From Eledone cirrhosa (Eukaryota), in NCBI GenBank assembly GCA_964016885.1, contig OZ024758.1, positions 10,478,001-10,542,000 of the forward strand: a stretch of 64,000 bases of DNA. The letters are read 5' to 3'. Position 1 is the stretch's first letter, and the number at the start of each line of letters is the position of its first letter. Below, in pieces: positions 12,614-27,983 of the stretch. The notes under the pieces are model-generated. The model worked only from the letters and a program-made list of their open reading frames with translations. It was not told the DNA's origin and made no database searches. The translations under genes were made by a program, and so were the position numbers.

Positions 12614-12689
12614 GTATACTCGCATATTTATGGATGCATTCATGCATACATATATTCATACACACACACACATATATATATATATATCA

Positions 12690-12807
<118 letters not shown>

Positions 12808-13858
12808 CATGAGATAACATTATGAACATTGAGTATTGCCTGGCATGTAAGCAGTGTTGCCAGGTGAGATAAGGATTATGTCTGTGGGGTATAATTTTGT
12901 AATTTCAAGATCTTCTAATACTCACTTGTCAAGTTACACTTTATATTATGTTACCTACTAATCTCACTCTTAAAGAGTCCAGATTTATAAAGATGAGAAC
13001 CTAAATAGCTGTGATATTTCATTAATGGTGTGATGATTATGTAAATAGTTTATTCTTTTATTTATTACAGTAATTAGACTGTGGTTAATCTGGGGGAACC
13101 AACCTGAAGAGATTTAGTCGAGGGAAATATCGAGCCATGGTGCTTACTGGGTTTTCAGGTTTAATTTTTTTTGCTGAACTATGAAGCTGTGAGATACAAA
13201 TCAACGGCAAACGTAAACACACGCACACACACACGCACACACACACACACGCACGCACGCACACACACACACACACACATGCACGCACACACACACACGC
13301 ACATGCACGCACACACACACACACACATGCACGCACACGCACACACGCACACGCACACACGCACACACACACACACTTTCTCATACTGGTTACTGGCATA
13401 GTTTCTCTTCTCTACAACACTAAGTTACAGTCGAACTGCGTTGCAAATAAGTATTCCAAATGAAATTTGGAAGACGGAAACAATGTGGAAATGTAACGGT
13501 GGAACCATTGTTGCTTTTCGTTGGTCGATTTATTCTTTCCCTTGTCAAGTTTAATTACATTTGACCATTTGACCATTGGATCCCCTGAGTAGAGTCCACA
13601 ATGTCATGTGAGGAGTTTCTGATTTGAAGACAATTTCCAACTGTTCTCCTGTTAGTTGGAGTCCTTAACAAAGAGTAGTAATCGTCTCATTAAACAATAA
13701 CGTTTAATGTATATCTAGATAAGAGAGTTTATGAATACATTTATGAAATAAATGTTTGTTTTCAAATACTTATGTTTATTTAAAAAAACTTTCCATGATA
13801 ATTTGATAATATTTCATAAATTTATTATTTTAAATTTATGTTCCAAACGCCAGATAAA

Positions 13859-14048
13859 GAATTGTTTCTACTTTTGGCACAAGGCCAGCAATTATCCAGT
13901 GCATTACTGGTACTTTATTTTATCGACCCCGTAAGGATGAAAGGCAAAGTTAACCTCGACGAGATTTGAACTCAGATCATAAAGCGCCGTAAGTCTTTGC
14001 TGCAAAGCATGGCGTCCGACCCTCTACCGATACTGCCAATCCACCACC
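13859..14048 (-). mobile_element. SINE family 1
   Basis: Reverse complement of the family 1 consensus. Confidence 0.9.
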
Positions 14049-14877
14049 AGATAAATAATGAAATGTCAGTAATTAATTATATCATTAAATCTTTCCATAT
14101 TCTGAAAATCCTATGCAATGTCTTTCATAAGAGACATTATGTCGAAAGGGTTAAATTTATTTTTGCAGATTTAAATCCTCAACTGCATCGTTTAAATTTT
14201 AGTAAAATATTTTTGAGTCTAATATTATTTGTAAAAAAAAAATCAAACAAAAATGGTTTGTACCGGAACCCGATAATTTACTGATTTATTTGTACTCTGA
14301 AGTTAGAGAAGAACTTCATAATTATTCTTGATGCCGATGTAAAAAAATAATTATTTAATTCACCTTAAATGTTCTAAAATAAAAGTATGAAGATGTCGAT
14401 CAGTGCACGGCATCGATGTAACCATGAATTGAAAACTCGATTTTAATCAGTTTAATGAGAAAAATGATATACATAAGAGAATTAATTGAATTATGAATTA
14501 ATTAAAAGTAGTTTCACTGAGTTTGGTTTACATGGAAAGCCAGCGTTCATTAAATAAATGCACTTCAAGTTATCCCCTACTATAAGACATTTAGTTTCAT
14601 TTTTGTTGCACTGATGTAGCCAGAATATGATTTGAGGTGAAGCAGCTCACACATCTTTTGTTGACACTACATAGAGATAAAGGTTGATTAATTAGAATTA
14701 TATTGGCTTAATAAAAGTATCCCCCCCCCCCCCCACACACACACATACCCCACCCCACCCCCTCCCAGCAGAAACAGCAACAAAAGATAATACGAATATG
14801 TTTGTGATTTTGGTAGAAATTTTGGTTTTTGACTTATTTGAGTTACTTCCCTTAGTGTATTTTATTTTATTATTTGA

Positions 14878-15062
14878 GGGATTGGCAGTATCGGTAGAGA
14901 GTCGGACGCCAGGCTTTCTGGCATAGTTACGTCCCTTTACGGTCTGAGTTCAAATCACGCCGAGATTCACTTTGCCTTTCATCCTTACGGGGGTCGATAA
15001 AATAAAGTACCAGTAATGTACTGGGTAATTGCTGGCCTTGTGCCAAAAAATTAGAAACAATT
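14878..15062 (+). mobile_element. SINE family 1
   Basis: Matches the family 1 consensus. Confidence 0.9.
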
Positions 15063-15182
15063 GTTTGAGAATTTTAAAAGTGATAATGGATATATTATAG
15101 TATGTTATGATAGTTAAACAAGTTTGAATTACTGGAGCAATAATTATTAATCTAAACATATTTATTGCTTTGGCAAGACTCT

Positions 15183-15953
15183 CTTGCCTGATGATCCTGT
15201 GAGTGTAGGTGAAACTCTAGAGCACAGGTTCTCAACCCATTTAGGCCAAACGCCCCTTTTGTCCCTCGAAATCACGAAACGCTCCCCCCCCCCCGACCCT
15301 ATTTTTCCATTTTTCAATATACTACTGATTTTTATATCAGTAGATTACTGAAAAATTGATTAACAATATTCCAAAGATGTGTGTATTATCTGATTATATG
15401 TTGTATGTGGTCCTAGATGTGTGTATTATCTGATTATGTGTTGTATGTGGTCCTAGATGTGTGTGCTACCCGCTTCTGTTTTTTTCTTTTCTTTTTTTTT
15501 ATTTGTAATATTATTTATACAATAGGGAATAAAATAGATCTACATAGTGTTAACTCGTTGCGGCTGAGTCAATAATTTCTGATATGAAATACATTGTTAT
15601 CGGTGAAGGAAAGATAAGATTCTAACTGGCTGCGCTCAAAGTGTCTTTGACCTAGTTGACTGTGGGTTTTTCCATTTTTAGGATCTCAATTACCGGACAT
15701 GCCTGCACACCTGCTCACAACTGCGGTCAGACTATAGTTATGCTGTCTGCAAGCTCATTCAAATGCATTCACACTGGCTGTCTCAAAGACAAACAAATAT
15801 GGCTTATAAAACTTACCAAAATAAAGAGCCTTCCAGCGCCCCCTAACCCCCTCCCCCAGCTCCAAACGCCCCCCTAACGCGACCTTTCTCCGAACCCCCC
15901 CCCCCGGGGGTGCATATGTCTCCCGTTGAGAACCTTTGCTCTAGAGTAACAAG
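15183..15953 (+). ncRNA. Type I hammerhead ribozyme split by a hAT MITE (15183-15222 + 15947-15953)
   Basis: Removing the MITE and one TSD restores cttgc-CTGATGA-tcct/gtgagtgt/aggt-GAAAC-tctaga-GTA-acaag; palindromic stem III ACTCTAGAGT. Confidence 0.7.
15223..15938. mobile_element. hAT (Charlie-like) non-autonomous DNA transposon
   Basis: TIRs cacaggttctcaac / gttgagaacctttg; 8-bp TSD ctctagag at 15215-15222 and 15939-15946; internal 40-bp tandem duplication near 15376-15460. Confidence 0.88.
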
Positions 15954-16612
15954 GCTCATCACTTAGTCAACAATAAATGAATATTTAAACTCTTCTTCGG
16001 TATTGAATACTCATTCTCACGTCTGCCAATACCCCCACCCCATATATATGATATATATAGACAGAAATAGAGATGGACTAATAGATAGAGAGATAGATTG
16101 ACAGATATATAAATGGGGGGGGGGAGGAAGAATGAATGAATGAAATGAATGCTAAATACATTCAAAGAATTGCGGCACAAAATATTCAAAGATGGGGTGT
16201 GAAACGGAGAGATAGAAAGTGAAAGAATGACAAAGAGAGAAATAGACAGATAGATGAGAGAGACAAGGGAGATTGGAGGGGGCTGAGATCGTGTTAATTC
16301 ACTTTATCAGTAGCCCTATTTGGGATTGACGAGTTTACAGCATGCTGTCTAATGGGTGAAACTGTTTAGAAACATAGACAACAGGTGTGGTGTGAGGGTG
16401 AACAAATGTTTTTATAATTGACCGACTATCTATCATCATTTTCACAGTTGTATTAGAGTTACTAGTCGTAGTTGGTGGTAGTAAAATATTGTTGGTTTGG
16501 TGATGCTGGGAATAATGGCGGATATGTTTGTGAAGGTGGTTTAAAACTATCAGACAGATGGATAAGGAAAATAGGATTGGACTTGGGTTTGAGAAAAGCT
16601 CTTAATGAGTGT

Positions 16613-16743
<131 letters not shown>

Positions 16744-16860
16744 TTATGCGTGTGTGAGTGTTAGAAGTGGCACCTTATGCATAAACATATCGTATATGGT
16801 TTCTTATACACCCCTATGATTATGTGTATATGTCTATATATAATAATTGTTAAATTTCGA

Positions 16861-16918
16861 ATACCTGATGATGTCACTGGATTCATGCTGAGCCCGGTCA
16901 TTGAATTGTTCATAGTAT
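16861..16918 (+). ncRNA. Hammerhead-like motif with GAAA>GAAT core change
   Basis: atac-CTGATGA-tg..actgg/..../ccggt.ca-GAAT-tgttca-TA-gtat; ends ~50 nt before (TA)n. Upstream 16762-16820 recurs at 26376-26433. Confidence 0.55.
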
Positions 16919-16966
16919 AATAAACCTTTAAGGAATTACACCAATCCAGCCGCCTGCTATTTTATA

Positions 16967-17003
<37 letters not shown>

Positions 17004-17009
<6 letters not shown>

Positions 17010-17426
17010 AGATCAAAAGATGGTTAAAAGAGTTCCAAGTATTATCATGAAATGATATCTGCGTTTTCATCAGATAAAATAGGGATACATGATATGAAGG
17101 TTAAAAAACACTTGTGAATAGTGAAGTTTTAAATCAACATATGTTGATTTAAAACTTCACTATTCAACATATGTTGATTTAAAACTTCACTATTCACAAG
17201 TGTTTTTTAACCTTCATATAATGTATCCCTATTTTATCTGATGAAAACGCAGATATCATCCCATGATGATATTTGTTTTTGAAATGCGCATAATAAAATA
17301 CTTGGAACTCTTTTAACCATCTTTTGATCTTATATTATTTATACTCCAGTCCTACAAACTGTAGAGTGGTATTTATCCGATATTTGCATTGCTTTATTGT
17401 GCTACAATAAAACTCACCTCCTACAT
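17004..17426 (+). mobile_element. PLE-type element with fold-back 5' arm
   Basis: Inverted arm 17004-17140 versus 17141-17335, centred on aatcaacatatgttgatt with a ~30-bp duplication; 3' end at (TA)n. Confidence 0.8.
17230..17300 (+). ncRNA. Type I hammerhead ribozyme
   Basis: tattttat-CTGATGA(17238)-aaacgcagatatcatc/ccat/gatgatatttgttttt-GAAA(17281)-tgcgca-TA-ataaaata. Confidence 0.88.
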
Positions 17427-17528
17427 ATATATATATATATAGGTAAGTTATTCCGGGTTGAATCGGAGGTAACCACAGTAAGTAAGGTACTCAATACATA
17501 GCAGAGTATAAAAGTTTTAATATAGATG

Positions 17529-17579
17529 AGATTCTACAGGACTAGAACTGTTTCATTCTTTAGAAATCATCAGGAATCT
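17529..17579 (-). ncRNA. Type I hammerhead ribozyme
   Basis: Minus strand: agattc-CTGATGA-tttc/taaa/gaat-GAAACAG-ttctagtc-CTGTA-gaatct. 6-bp stem I, 4-bp stem III, GUA site. Confidence 0.85.
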
Positions 17580-17667
17580 GGCTTTCCAAAAATAAACGTT
17601 GTGGTATTTATATCTTTTCAGGTGGTAGGAGAGGGTGGGGAGTGGGATGGGTGGAGGTCATTGGTTG

Positions 17668-17707
<40 letters not shown>

Positions 17708-17778
17708 GAGTTATAAACTCAAATAGTCTTTTACAATTAAATAGCTCAAAGAAAGGGATATTTCTGAGCCGTGTAATA

Positions 17779-17897
17779 CAAATGAATATATGATAGGGAT
17801 AAACACTGATACAAGATTGAAATCTAGCTAACTTGGTCATTTGCAATGCAAACACTTGTATACTTGTATCAGTGTTTATCCCTATCATATATTCATT

Positions 17898-17901
<4 letters not shown>
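17779..17901. repeat. 39-bp inverted repeat ending at (TA)n
   Basis: tacaaatgaatatatgatagggataaacactgatacaag and its exact reverse complement at 17863-17901. Confidence 0.9.
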
Positions 17902-17941
<40 letters not shown>

Positions 17942-18581
17942 CATTTGTATATACACAAACGTCAATCAAGTGGTCAAAGATGCCATTTGAGCAAAGAAGA
18001 CTTACAAAGCTTGGCTTGGAAATAAGTCCTCCTCCTTGTTACACTTGGAGCACAAGCAGGCGCAACAACGATAGTAAAGGCTTCCAAAGTTTAGGCCTGG
18101 GGGGACTTTGAGGTTTAGCAGTAACCCGACTTCAGATCAGCAAATAAAGTGTTCTGTTAGACCAACCGCCGACTGGATATACATAACTCTAATGTTAAAC
18201 CCTATATTTTAATTATAACCATTTCTTTGAATTACTACCTCTACTGTTTTTTGCTGTTCTGAACTCTATTCTAGATACTCCGCCTTCACAAAGATTATAT
18301 GATCTACATGCTTCTACACTTGCACACCTCCAAAGCCAAAACTTAATTAACAAGTCAAGTTACTGTTAATGTTAAGTTAACATAATGTAATGAGCATAAA
18401 AATAGCTAATCAATCAGATGGCGTCACCGAAGTAATTAACCCCAGTCAATTATATCCTGTATTAAACAGCTGAATTCTTCCTTCCATGAACTACAGCACC
18501 CCACAGATCTTTTTCCCTGCCTACTTTCTCCCAGAGATATTAATCCACATCAAAATCCAACACACACACACACACACAGAT

Positions 18582-20816
<2,235 letters not shown>

Positions 20817-21145
20817 TAAATCTTGTCAATCAAATAATCAAATAATTATCCAGTAATAAGAGATTGTAATAAATCAAGACAATAAACCAAAGCAAAAAAT
20901 ACAGTTTTTAGTCATTAACCATTAAAACAATGACAAAACTATAATCTTTTTTTTTTAAAGCAAAATAAAATTTGACAACTTAAATCTGACTCTAATGATC
21001 CATTTCATAGACTTTAAAACAATTTTTCAATGACACATAATATTGAATTAATAAATATATTGAATTAATAAATATATTTTGGAGAGGCGACGCATTGGCA
21101 GGCTGGTTAGAAGTTTCCTGATAGCCATTCCGTCTCTCTGTTGTG

Positions 21146-21177
<32 letters not shown>

Positions 21178-21182
<5 letters not shown>

Positions 21183-21493
21183 ATCACACACACGCGCATA
21201 AATGTACTAAACGCTACTACCTCTAAGAGAGAGACAACTATTAATAAATACAATTGTAGTGTAAGTTTTATTGTTGATATACGAAGGGTATATATAAGTA
21301 TGTGTTTGTGTTTATGTATATATACATTATATATATATATATTTATATATACATACATACATAATCACACACGCGCGCATAAATGTACTAAACGCTACTA
21401 CCTCTAAGAGAGAGACAACTATTAATAAATACAATTGTAGTGTAAGTTTTATTGTTGATATACGAAGGGTATATATAAGTATGTGTTTGTGTT

Positions 21494-21505
<12 letters not shown>
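21178..21505. repeat. ~181-bp tandem duplication
   Basis: cataatcacac...gtgtttatgtata present at 21178 and 21359. Confidence 0.92.
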
Positions 21506-21532
<27 letters not shown>

Positions 21533-22054
21533 TGTACAAACAGATGCACGAACGTGTATATATATATGTGTGTGTGTGTGTGTATGATATGTATATGTAT
21601 TTGTTTTATAACTGCGACAGACAAGCTGTGTGATAGTCTAACAATATTTTCCTCTGTTTTTTCTTTCTATTTCTATTTATTCACTGCACATCCTTGGTGC
21701 GTTGTACTAAAATCTCAAATCAAAACATACTTGACTTTACTCGACTCTTAAATAGTTCTTATTAGAAACTTTAATGGTGAACTTCTCTCTCTTGTTTTCT
21801 TGTTGGTGCCAGTTTGGATATTTCTTCCCGCCTTTGTAAATTAGTATAAACAGAAAAACTTCCTCTTACATGTGTACATAGCTGGCACTGTTGCACTTCC
21901 GGTCCCAGTTCAGTAAGCACCTATCTAAATACAACTATGTATTTCTACAGAATACACAGAATACACTTTTTCTCTTATATTGCACGTGTTTAGTATTACG
22001 TTATCGGCTGTTTTTATTATCGATGTTCTTGCTTTTGTAACAGTTGTTCTTGTT

Positions 22055-22159
22055 TATATATATATTTTGTGTGTGTGTGTATATATATATATATTATATA
22101 TATATGTATATATATTGTATATATATGTATATATATTGTATATATATATAGTGTGTGTG

Positions 22160-22192
<33 letters not shown>

Positions 22193-22216
22193 GTATATAT
22201 ATTGTATATATATATA

Positions 22217-22266
<50 letters not shown>

Positions 22267-22576
22267 TGTATATATATATATAGTGTGTATGTATATATAT
22301 TGTATATGTATATATATTGTATATATATATATAGTGTGTATATATATATATTGTATATATATATATATTGTATATATATATATATATGTATATATATTAT
22401 ATATATATATATATATTATATATATATATATATACACAATATATATGTATATATATTATATATATACACACAATATATATGTATATATATTATATATATA
22501 TATACACAATATATATGTATATATATTATATATATATATATACACAATATATATGTATATATATATATATATATAC

Positions 22577-22625
<49 letters not shown>
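22055..22625. repeat. Compound TA-rich microsatellite
   Basis: (TA)n with ttgta/agtgtg units, then acacaa units. Confidence 0.95.
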
Positions 22626-22631
<6 letters not shown>

Positions 22632-23685
22632 ATGTACGTATATATGTTGTAGTTGATATTACTGTAGTTACTGAGGATAAGATAATTTAGTTCTCTAATA
22701 ATTTCCAGTAATCATGTAATCATCATTAAATTGTTTTGTAATTGCTTATCAATTGTTTCAGAAACTGAAATAACCGAGATCGAATTTTGTCCATCGATGC
22801 CTGCCTGTTTGATGATCTAAGAAAAAGGATGTTTTTTTAATAGAAAAAAACAGCGTTATGAAAGAGCTGCGTTCATATTTGTTATGTCGGCGGAATTTTG
22901 TTGGCGGTGAAGTAAGTTAGTAAGAGAGTAAGAGAGTGGGTAGTGAGCGAGAGAATGTTGGGTTGATTTAGTGCAGTTCATATTTATCTTTGAATTCTCG
23001 TAAGTTCATTGTCGTGGGAGGGACGACTTCAGGTAGACAACCCCTGGGGTGGTTGTGTCAGAGGAAAATACGACTGGGCACGCTGTTTTTGTCGGGACTG
23101 TAGGGAGTCAGACGCAGTGGAAGCGTCGCCAGATGGTTTAATCGGTGCAGAGAGGTAGAATTCAAATAGAGCAGCAGAGTTCATTAATAGTAGCAGGAGC
23201 AGTATATTGGTAATTATCATAAGAAAGAGGTCACGTAATAACATATTTCGTCGGCTATGGGTTGGAGAATTTATGGAAGTGAATTTAGTAAATAACTTCT
23301 TTTATTTCCAAAGTCATCAACAGAGAGGTAGAATTTAAATGGAGTAATTTAGTTCATTAATAGCAATAGCAAAAACTGCAATAGCAGTCGTAGCAACAGA
23401 AATAGCAACAGTAATAATAGCAGCAACAGAAATAGCAACAGTAATATCAGGCAGCAACAGCATTAGTAATAGTCGTAAGAAAGAAGCTACCCGATAACAT
23501 TTTTTGTGACCTACAGGCCGGAGATGCAGGGCGAACAAATTTAACAAATATTTTAATTTACTTTTAATATTACCAGAATTAGGCGGTTGAAGAGCAAAGT
23601 AGCGACAATAGAATGCTGGTCTAATTGCTTTATATGACAAATCCTACAGAAAATAACTTAAACTACAGTCAATTGTTGTTATAAA

Positions 23686-23870
23686 TAATTGTTTCTACTT
23701 TAGGCACAAGTCCACCAATTATCAGTACATTACTGGTACTTTATTTTATCGACCCCGTAAGGATTAAAGGCAAAGTTAACCTCGGCGGGATTTGAACTCA
23801 GACTGTAAAGGGACGTAACTATGCTAGAAAGCATGGCGTCCAACCCTCCACCGATACTGCCAATTCACCG
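23686..23870 (-). mobile_element. SINE family 1
   Basis: Reverse complement of the consensus. Confidence 0.9.
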
Positions 23871-24320
23871 CCCTTATAAATAATAGTTTAGAAAATCTCC
23901 CCATTCTAATCTGAACATACATGTTAAATGGTACTTCCACTACGAAGCTTCCTTAGGTAGACTCTGTCATGTGAGACATTTGTCTCTCTTTCGTTATCAT
24001 TAGTTGTGTGCATCGCATGACAATGTTTACAAATAACAAGGTGGTTGGTGCTATTTTTGTGTGTAGCTATTTTCTTTCTGCCAGTCTCGTCTAAGTAGAA
24101 AGGAAAGACTTCTTAAGATAACAGTACAACTTTCTAGAGTAATGTGGTAAGTTTGGTGACTTATATGTGTGTCAATTCTGTTGCTGTTCAACTATAACTA
24201 TCCTATTATGTAATGTCTCTCTTACTAAACCTGATGGCGGTGTTTCAAATATTGGCTGTCGAAAATCTTGACAATCTTTTTAAAACTGCTATCAATGAAG
24301 ACATTATTGTAGTAAATGGG

Positions 24321-24502
24321 CAGTGGATTGGCAGTATCGGTAGAGGGTCGGACGCCATGCTTTCCAGCATAGTTACGTCCCTTTACGATCTGATTTCAAA
24401 TCTCGCCGAGGTTGACTTTACTTTTCATCCTTACGGGGTCGATAAAATAAAGTACCAGTAATACACTGGGTAATTGCTGGCCTTGTGCCTAAAGTAGAAA
24501 CA
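24321..24502 (+). mobile_element. SINE family 1 with 18-bp TSD
   Basis: attattgtagtaaatggg at 24303-24320 and 24503-24520. Confidence 0.93.
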
Positions 24503-25309
24503 ATTATTGTAGTAAATGGGTTTTTCGTAGAAAATCTCTCTGGAGGTGGATGGTTTGGGTATTATCCTGCTTATATTAGTGACTAAATTTTTGATGATTC
24601 TAGGTGAGTGGTAGGACCTTCACTTTGTATATTTTAATACCTCATTAGGTAATGTGACGTATATCTACACTGTTAAGGTTGATAGCTACGGAAATGTCTA
24701 ACCCCAATTCTTTAAATACAGGTAAGATGTTTTTTTTCTGAATGTGTCAAGAGTGTGACCATCCTCGTAAACCGATGCTAGAATATCGAAACCTACTATT
24801 TAGTTTGAACAATATATATATAGCGCTACTGAATGATCTCACAGCCATACTGGGGCATTACTTTTTATGAAAAAAAAAAAAGAAAAAAGAAGATTGCTTT
24901 GAGAGCAAACGGCGAACTAAGTACAAAAACATTCTCACCTAGAAATATATATTTTTATTTTATTTTTCAGTTACTGGACACAACACACGTCCACCATAAA
25001 ACTAAAAAAAAAAAAAAAAATTACATACATACATTTGAAATAAATATATTCCACCCCACCTCAACATTTGCAGAATTCTCTACTGAGTTCGGCAGACTAA
25101 TATTTGCCGCCATTGCGACGGCAACATGATTATGAAAAATATCAATAATATCCGGCTAAAACATGGAAAAATAAAATAAAAAAAAAATAAAAATCCCCAA
25201 CTTAACTAACCCCTATGTATTCATAGCTGTCTTGTACTATTACACCCCATCATCTTTATCATACCTAATTCTAGCTTCATCTCCTCCTCTCCCTCACATT
25301 TACCACCAC

Positions 25310-25340
<31 letters not shown>

Positions 25341-25420
25341 CATCACTGTTTTGTTTTCTTCTATGACACTTGTTTCTCTATTTTACTAACTATGGCCGGG
25401 ATACTGTTCCCTTGATTTTC

Positions 25421-25632
25421 ATATCATCATCATCGTCGTCATCGTCGTCATCGTCATCATCATCATCACCATCACCATCATCATCACCATCATAAACATC
25501 ACCATCACCATCATCATCACCATCACAAACATCACCATCATCATCATCACCATCATCATCTTAAACATCACCACCATGATCCTCCTCCTCCTCATCACGA
25601 TGAACATGATGATGATGATGATGATGATGATC
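25421..25632. repeat. (CAT/CAC)n trinucleotide tract switching to (ATG)n
   Basis: Direct reading. Confidence 0.9.
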
Positions 25633-25806
25633 CTTATCCCCACCTCCACCTCCACAACCACACCCACCGCAATCACGTCCCTCTTCAACATCCGAAGAGC
25701 CTTTATACACTCACTCTCCTATAGCTGCTAGAGATAGCAGCCAAATCTGAATCAAATGCTATCCTACCATCTTAAATAAAGAACATATTGGACAATGACA
25801 CATAAA

Positions 25807-25993
25807 ATAATTGTTTCTACTTTTGGCACAAGGCCAGCAATTGTCCCAGTACATTACTGGTACTTTATTTTATCGACCACGTAAGGATGAAAGGCAAAGT
25901 TAACCTCGGCGGGATTTGAACTCAGATCATAAAGGGACGTAACTCTATGCTTCAAAGCATGGCGTCCGACTCTCTACCGATACTGCCAATCCA
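25807..25993 (-). mobile_element. SINE family 1
   Basis: Reverse complement of the consensus. Confidence 0.9.
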
Positions 25994-26166
25994 CAACATA
26001 ATGATGTTGTGGCTGGAATGCCTTCTCAATAGAGTTATATGTGGTTAGATAATGTCCTACAGTTATGTCATTATTGGCGTTACAGACGGTGGATTGGCAG
26101 AATCGTTAGAGCATCGGACAAAATACTTTTATTTCCAACATTCTGTGACTTTTGTTACGGCCCTTG

Positions 26167-26218
<52 letters not shown>

Positions 26219-26290
26219 AAAAAGTATGACCCCGACGGCAGAGCTCAAGCCGTTTCGACGGCTATTTCTGGACTCACCACAATTCCTTCG

Positions 26291-26334
<44 letters not shown>

Positions 26335-26483
26335 GTATATATATACATATATATGTATATGTGTGTATATATATTAGAAGTGGTCCTTTATTATGCATAA
26401 ACATATCTTATATGCTTTCATATACACCCGTGTGACACAACAGTTAGTTCACCATACCGAGTGGTTACACAACAGTTAGTTCA

Positions 26484-26537
26484 CCATACCGAGAACAATT
26501 GTTTGTTTCACCTTAGCGGATCCTCAGCTCGTAATGG
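26484..26537 (-). ncRNA. Type I hammerhead ribozyme (left arm of palindrome)
   Basis: Minus strand: ccattacgag-CTGAGGA-tcc/gctaa/ggt-GAAAC-aaacaatt-GTT-ctcggtatgg. Confidence 0.65.
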
Positions 26538-26559
26538 ACATGGTTCCGTATAACCATGT

Positions 26560-26609
26560 CCATTACTAGCTGAGGATCCGCTAAGGTGAAACAATTGTTC
26601 TCGGTATGG
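26560..26609 (+). ncRNA. Type I hammerhead ribozyme (right arm of palindrome 26460-26633)
   Basis: ccattactag-CTGAGGA(26570)-tcc/gctaa/ggt-GAAAC-aatt-GTT-ctcggtatgg; palindromic stem III AACAATTGTT, GUU site. Confidence 0.65.
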
Positions 26610-26789
26610 TGAACTAACTGTTGTGTAACCACTTCTACCTAACTCGTCCCATGGACTGAGTGCTCTACCACTACGGATATTACCTTCCAGTGTTCTACCA
26701 CTATATATATATATATATCAAATCGGACCGGGGAAACAATTGGTCTTTCCAATTGCTAATACTATCTATCGGTCACAACTCCAGGTAGA

Positions 26790-26905
26790 AGGAGCAACGT
26801 GAAATAAAGTGTCTTGCTCAAGGATTTAACGCATCGTCCGGTTCGGTAATCGAACTCACAAACCTCACGATTGCGAATCCAATTCACTAACCACTCAGCC
26901 ATGCG
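26790..26905 (-). mobile_element. SINE family 2 (CORE-like), partial
   Basis: ggagcaacgtgaaataaagtgtcttgctcaagga shared with 30884-30917. Confidence 0.8.
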
Positions 26906-27761
26906 ACTGTCGATATATATATCGACAGTCGCAGAAATAAATTATGTAGATAATTATTTTTTTTAAATGAGAATACAATATGATAGAATTTTCGTGTTTG
27001 TCTTTGTATAGCAATATGTATGAGTGTATGTATATAAATATTGGTACATTCCTGTATGTGCTAGTATTTATGTTGGGAGGTGTATGTGTTTGTGTATGTG
27101 TATGCGTATGTGTATGTTTGGGTTTCTTATAGTTTAATATGTATATGATTGAGTTTATATGTATTGTATGAATGGGTGTGTTTTTGTGTATTTTTTTTTG
27201 TTTGATTCGGTGTGTCTGTTTGTATATATGTTTGTGTGTATTCTTATGTGTGTGTGTGTGTGTGTGTGTAAATTCGTATTTGTCTGTCTGTGATTGTGAG
27301 TGTTCAGGAAACTGTCACCAAATCACAGCATTTCGTTTCCGTTTACAGTTGCTGTAGAAAATATAACTTCAAGATTTTATTTACATTAGTTTTACACGTA
27401 CAGACTATTCACTATTAACAGAAATGAAATTCAAGATGCTAAATCATTAATTAATTAATATAACAGAAAGGAATATTGCAACGCTAATATTGATAATTAT
27501 ATCAATTAAGGGAATAATTTATGTTTTTAATTTATTAAACAAAATTGTTGAATTCCTTCAAGTCGTATAGAGATTATATGGAATGATACGTATAGCATGG
27601 AAGTTAAATATCAGTAGTTTTAGTAGGACTAACAAAGTAATAGACTTTACATCAATATGAAATTGAGAATATATAGTATTTCAGTTGTGCTCATTCAGTC
27701 AGGACAAATAAACACACGCATTCATCAAATCTCTTCACTTCACTTACATGTAATAATACAC

Positions 27762-27798
<37 letters not shown>

Positions 27799-27943
27799 AT
27801 CTATCTATCTATCTATCTATCTGGGGAAAATCGACTAACTTTTTAAATTCCATCTGTGATAACATTTTACACGTTTTTATTGTATGTAAACTTCGCCCTT
27901 TGTATTTGTCCCCTTCTTTTGTGCCCCTGTGGCTAATAAAGAA

Positions 27944-27983
<40 letters not shown>

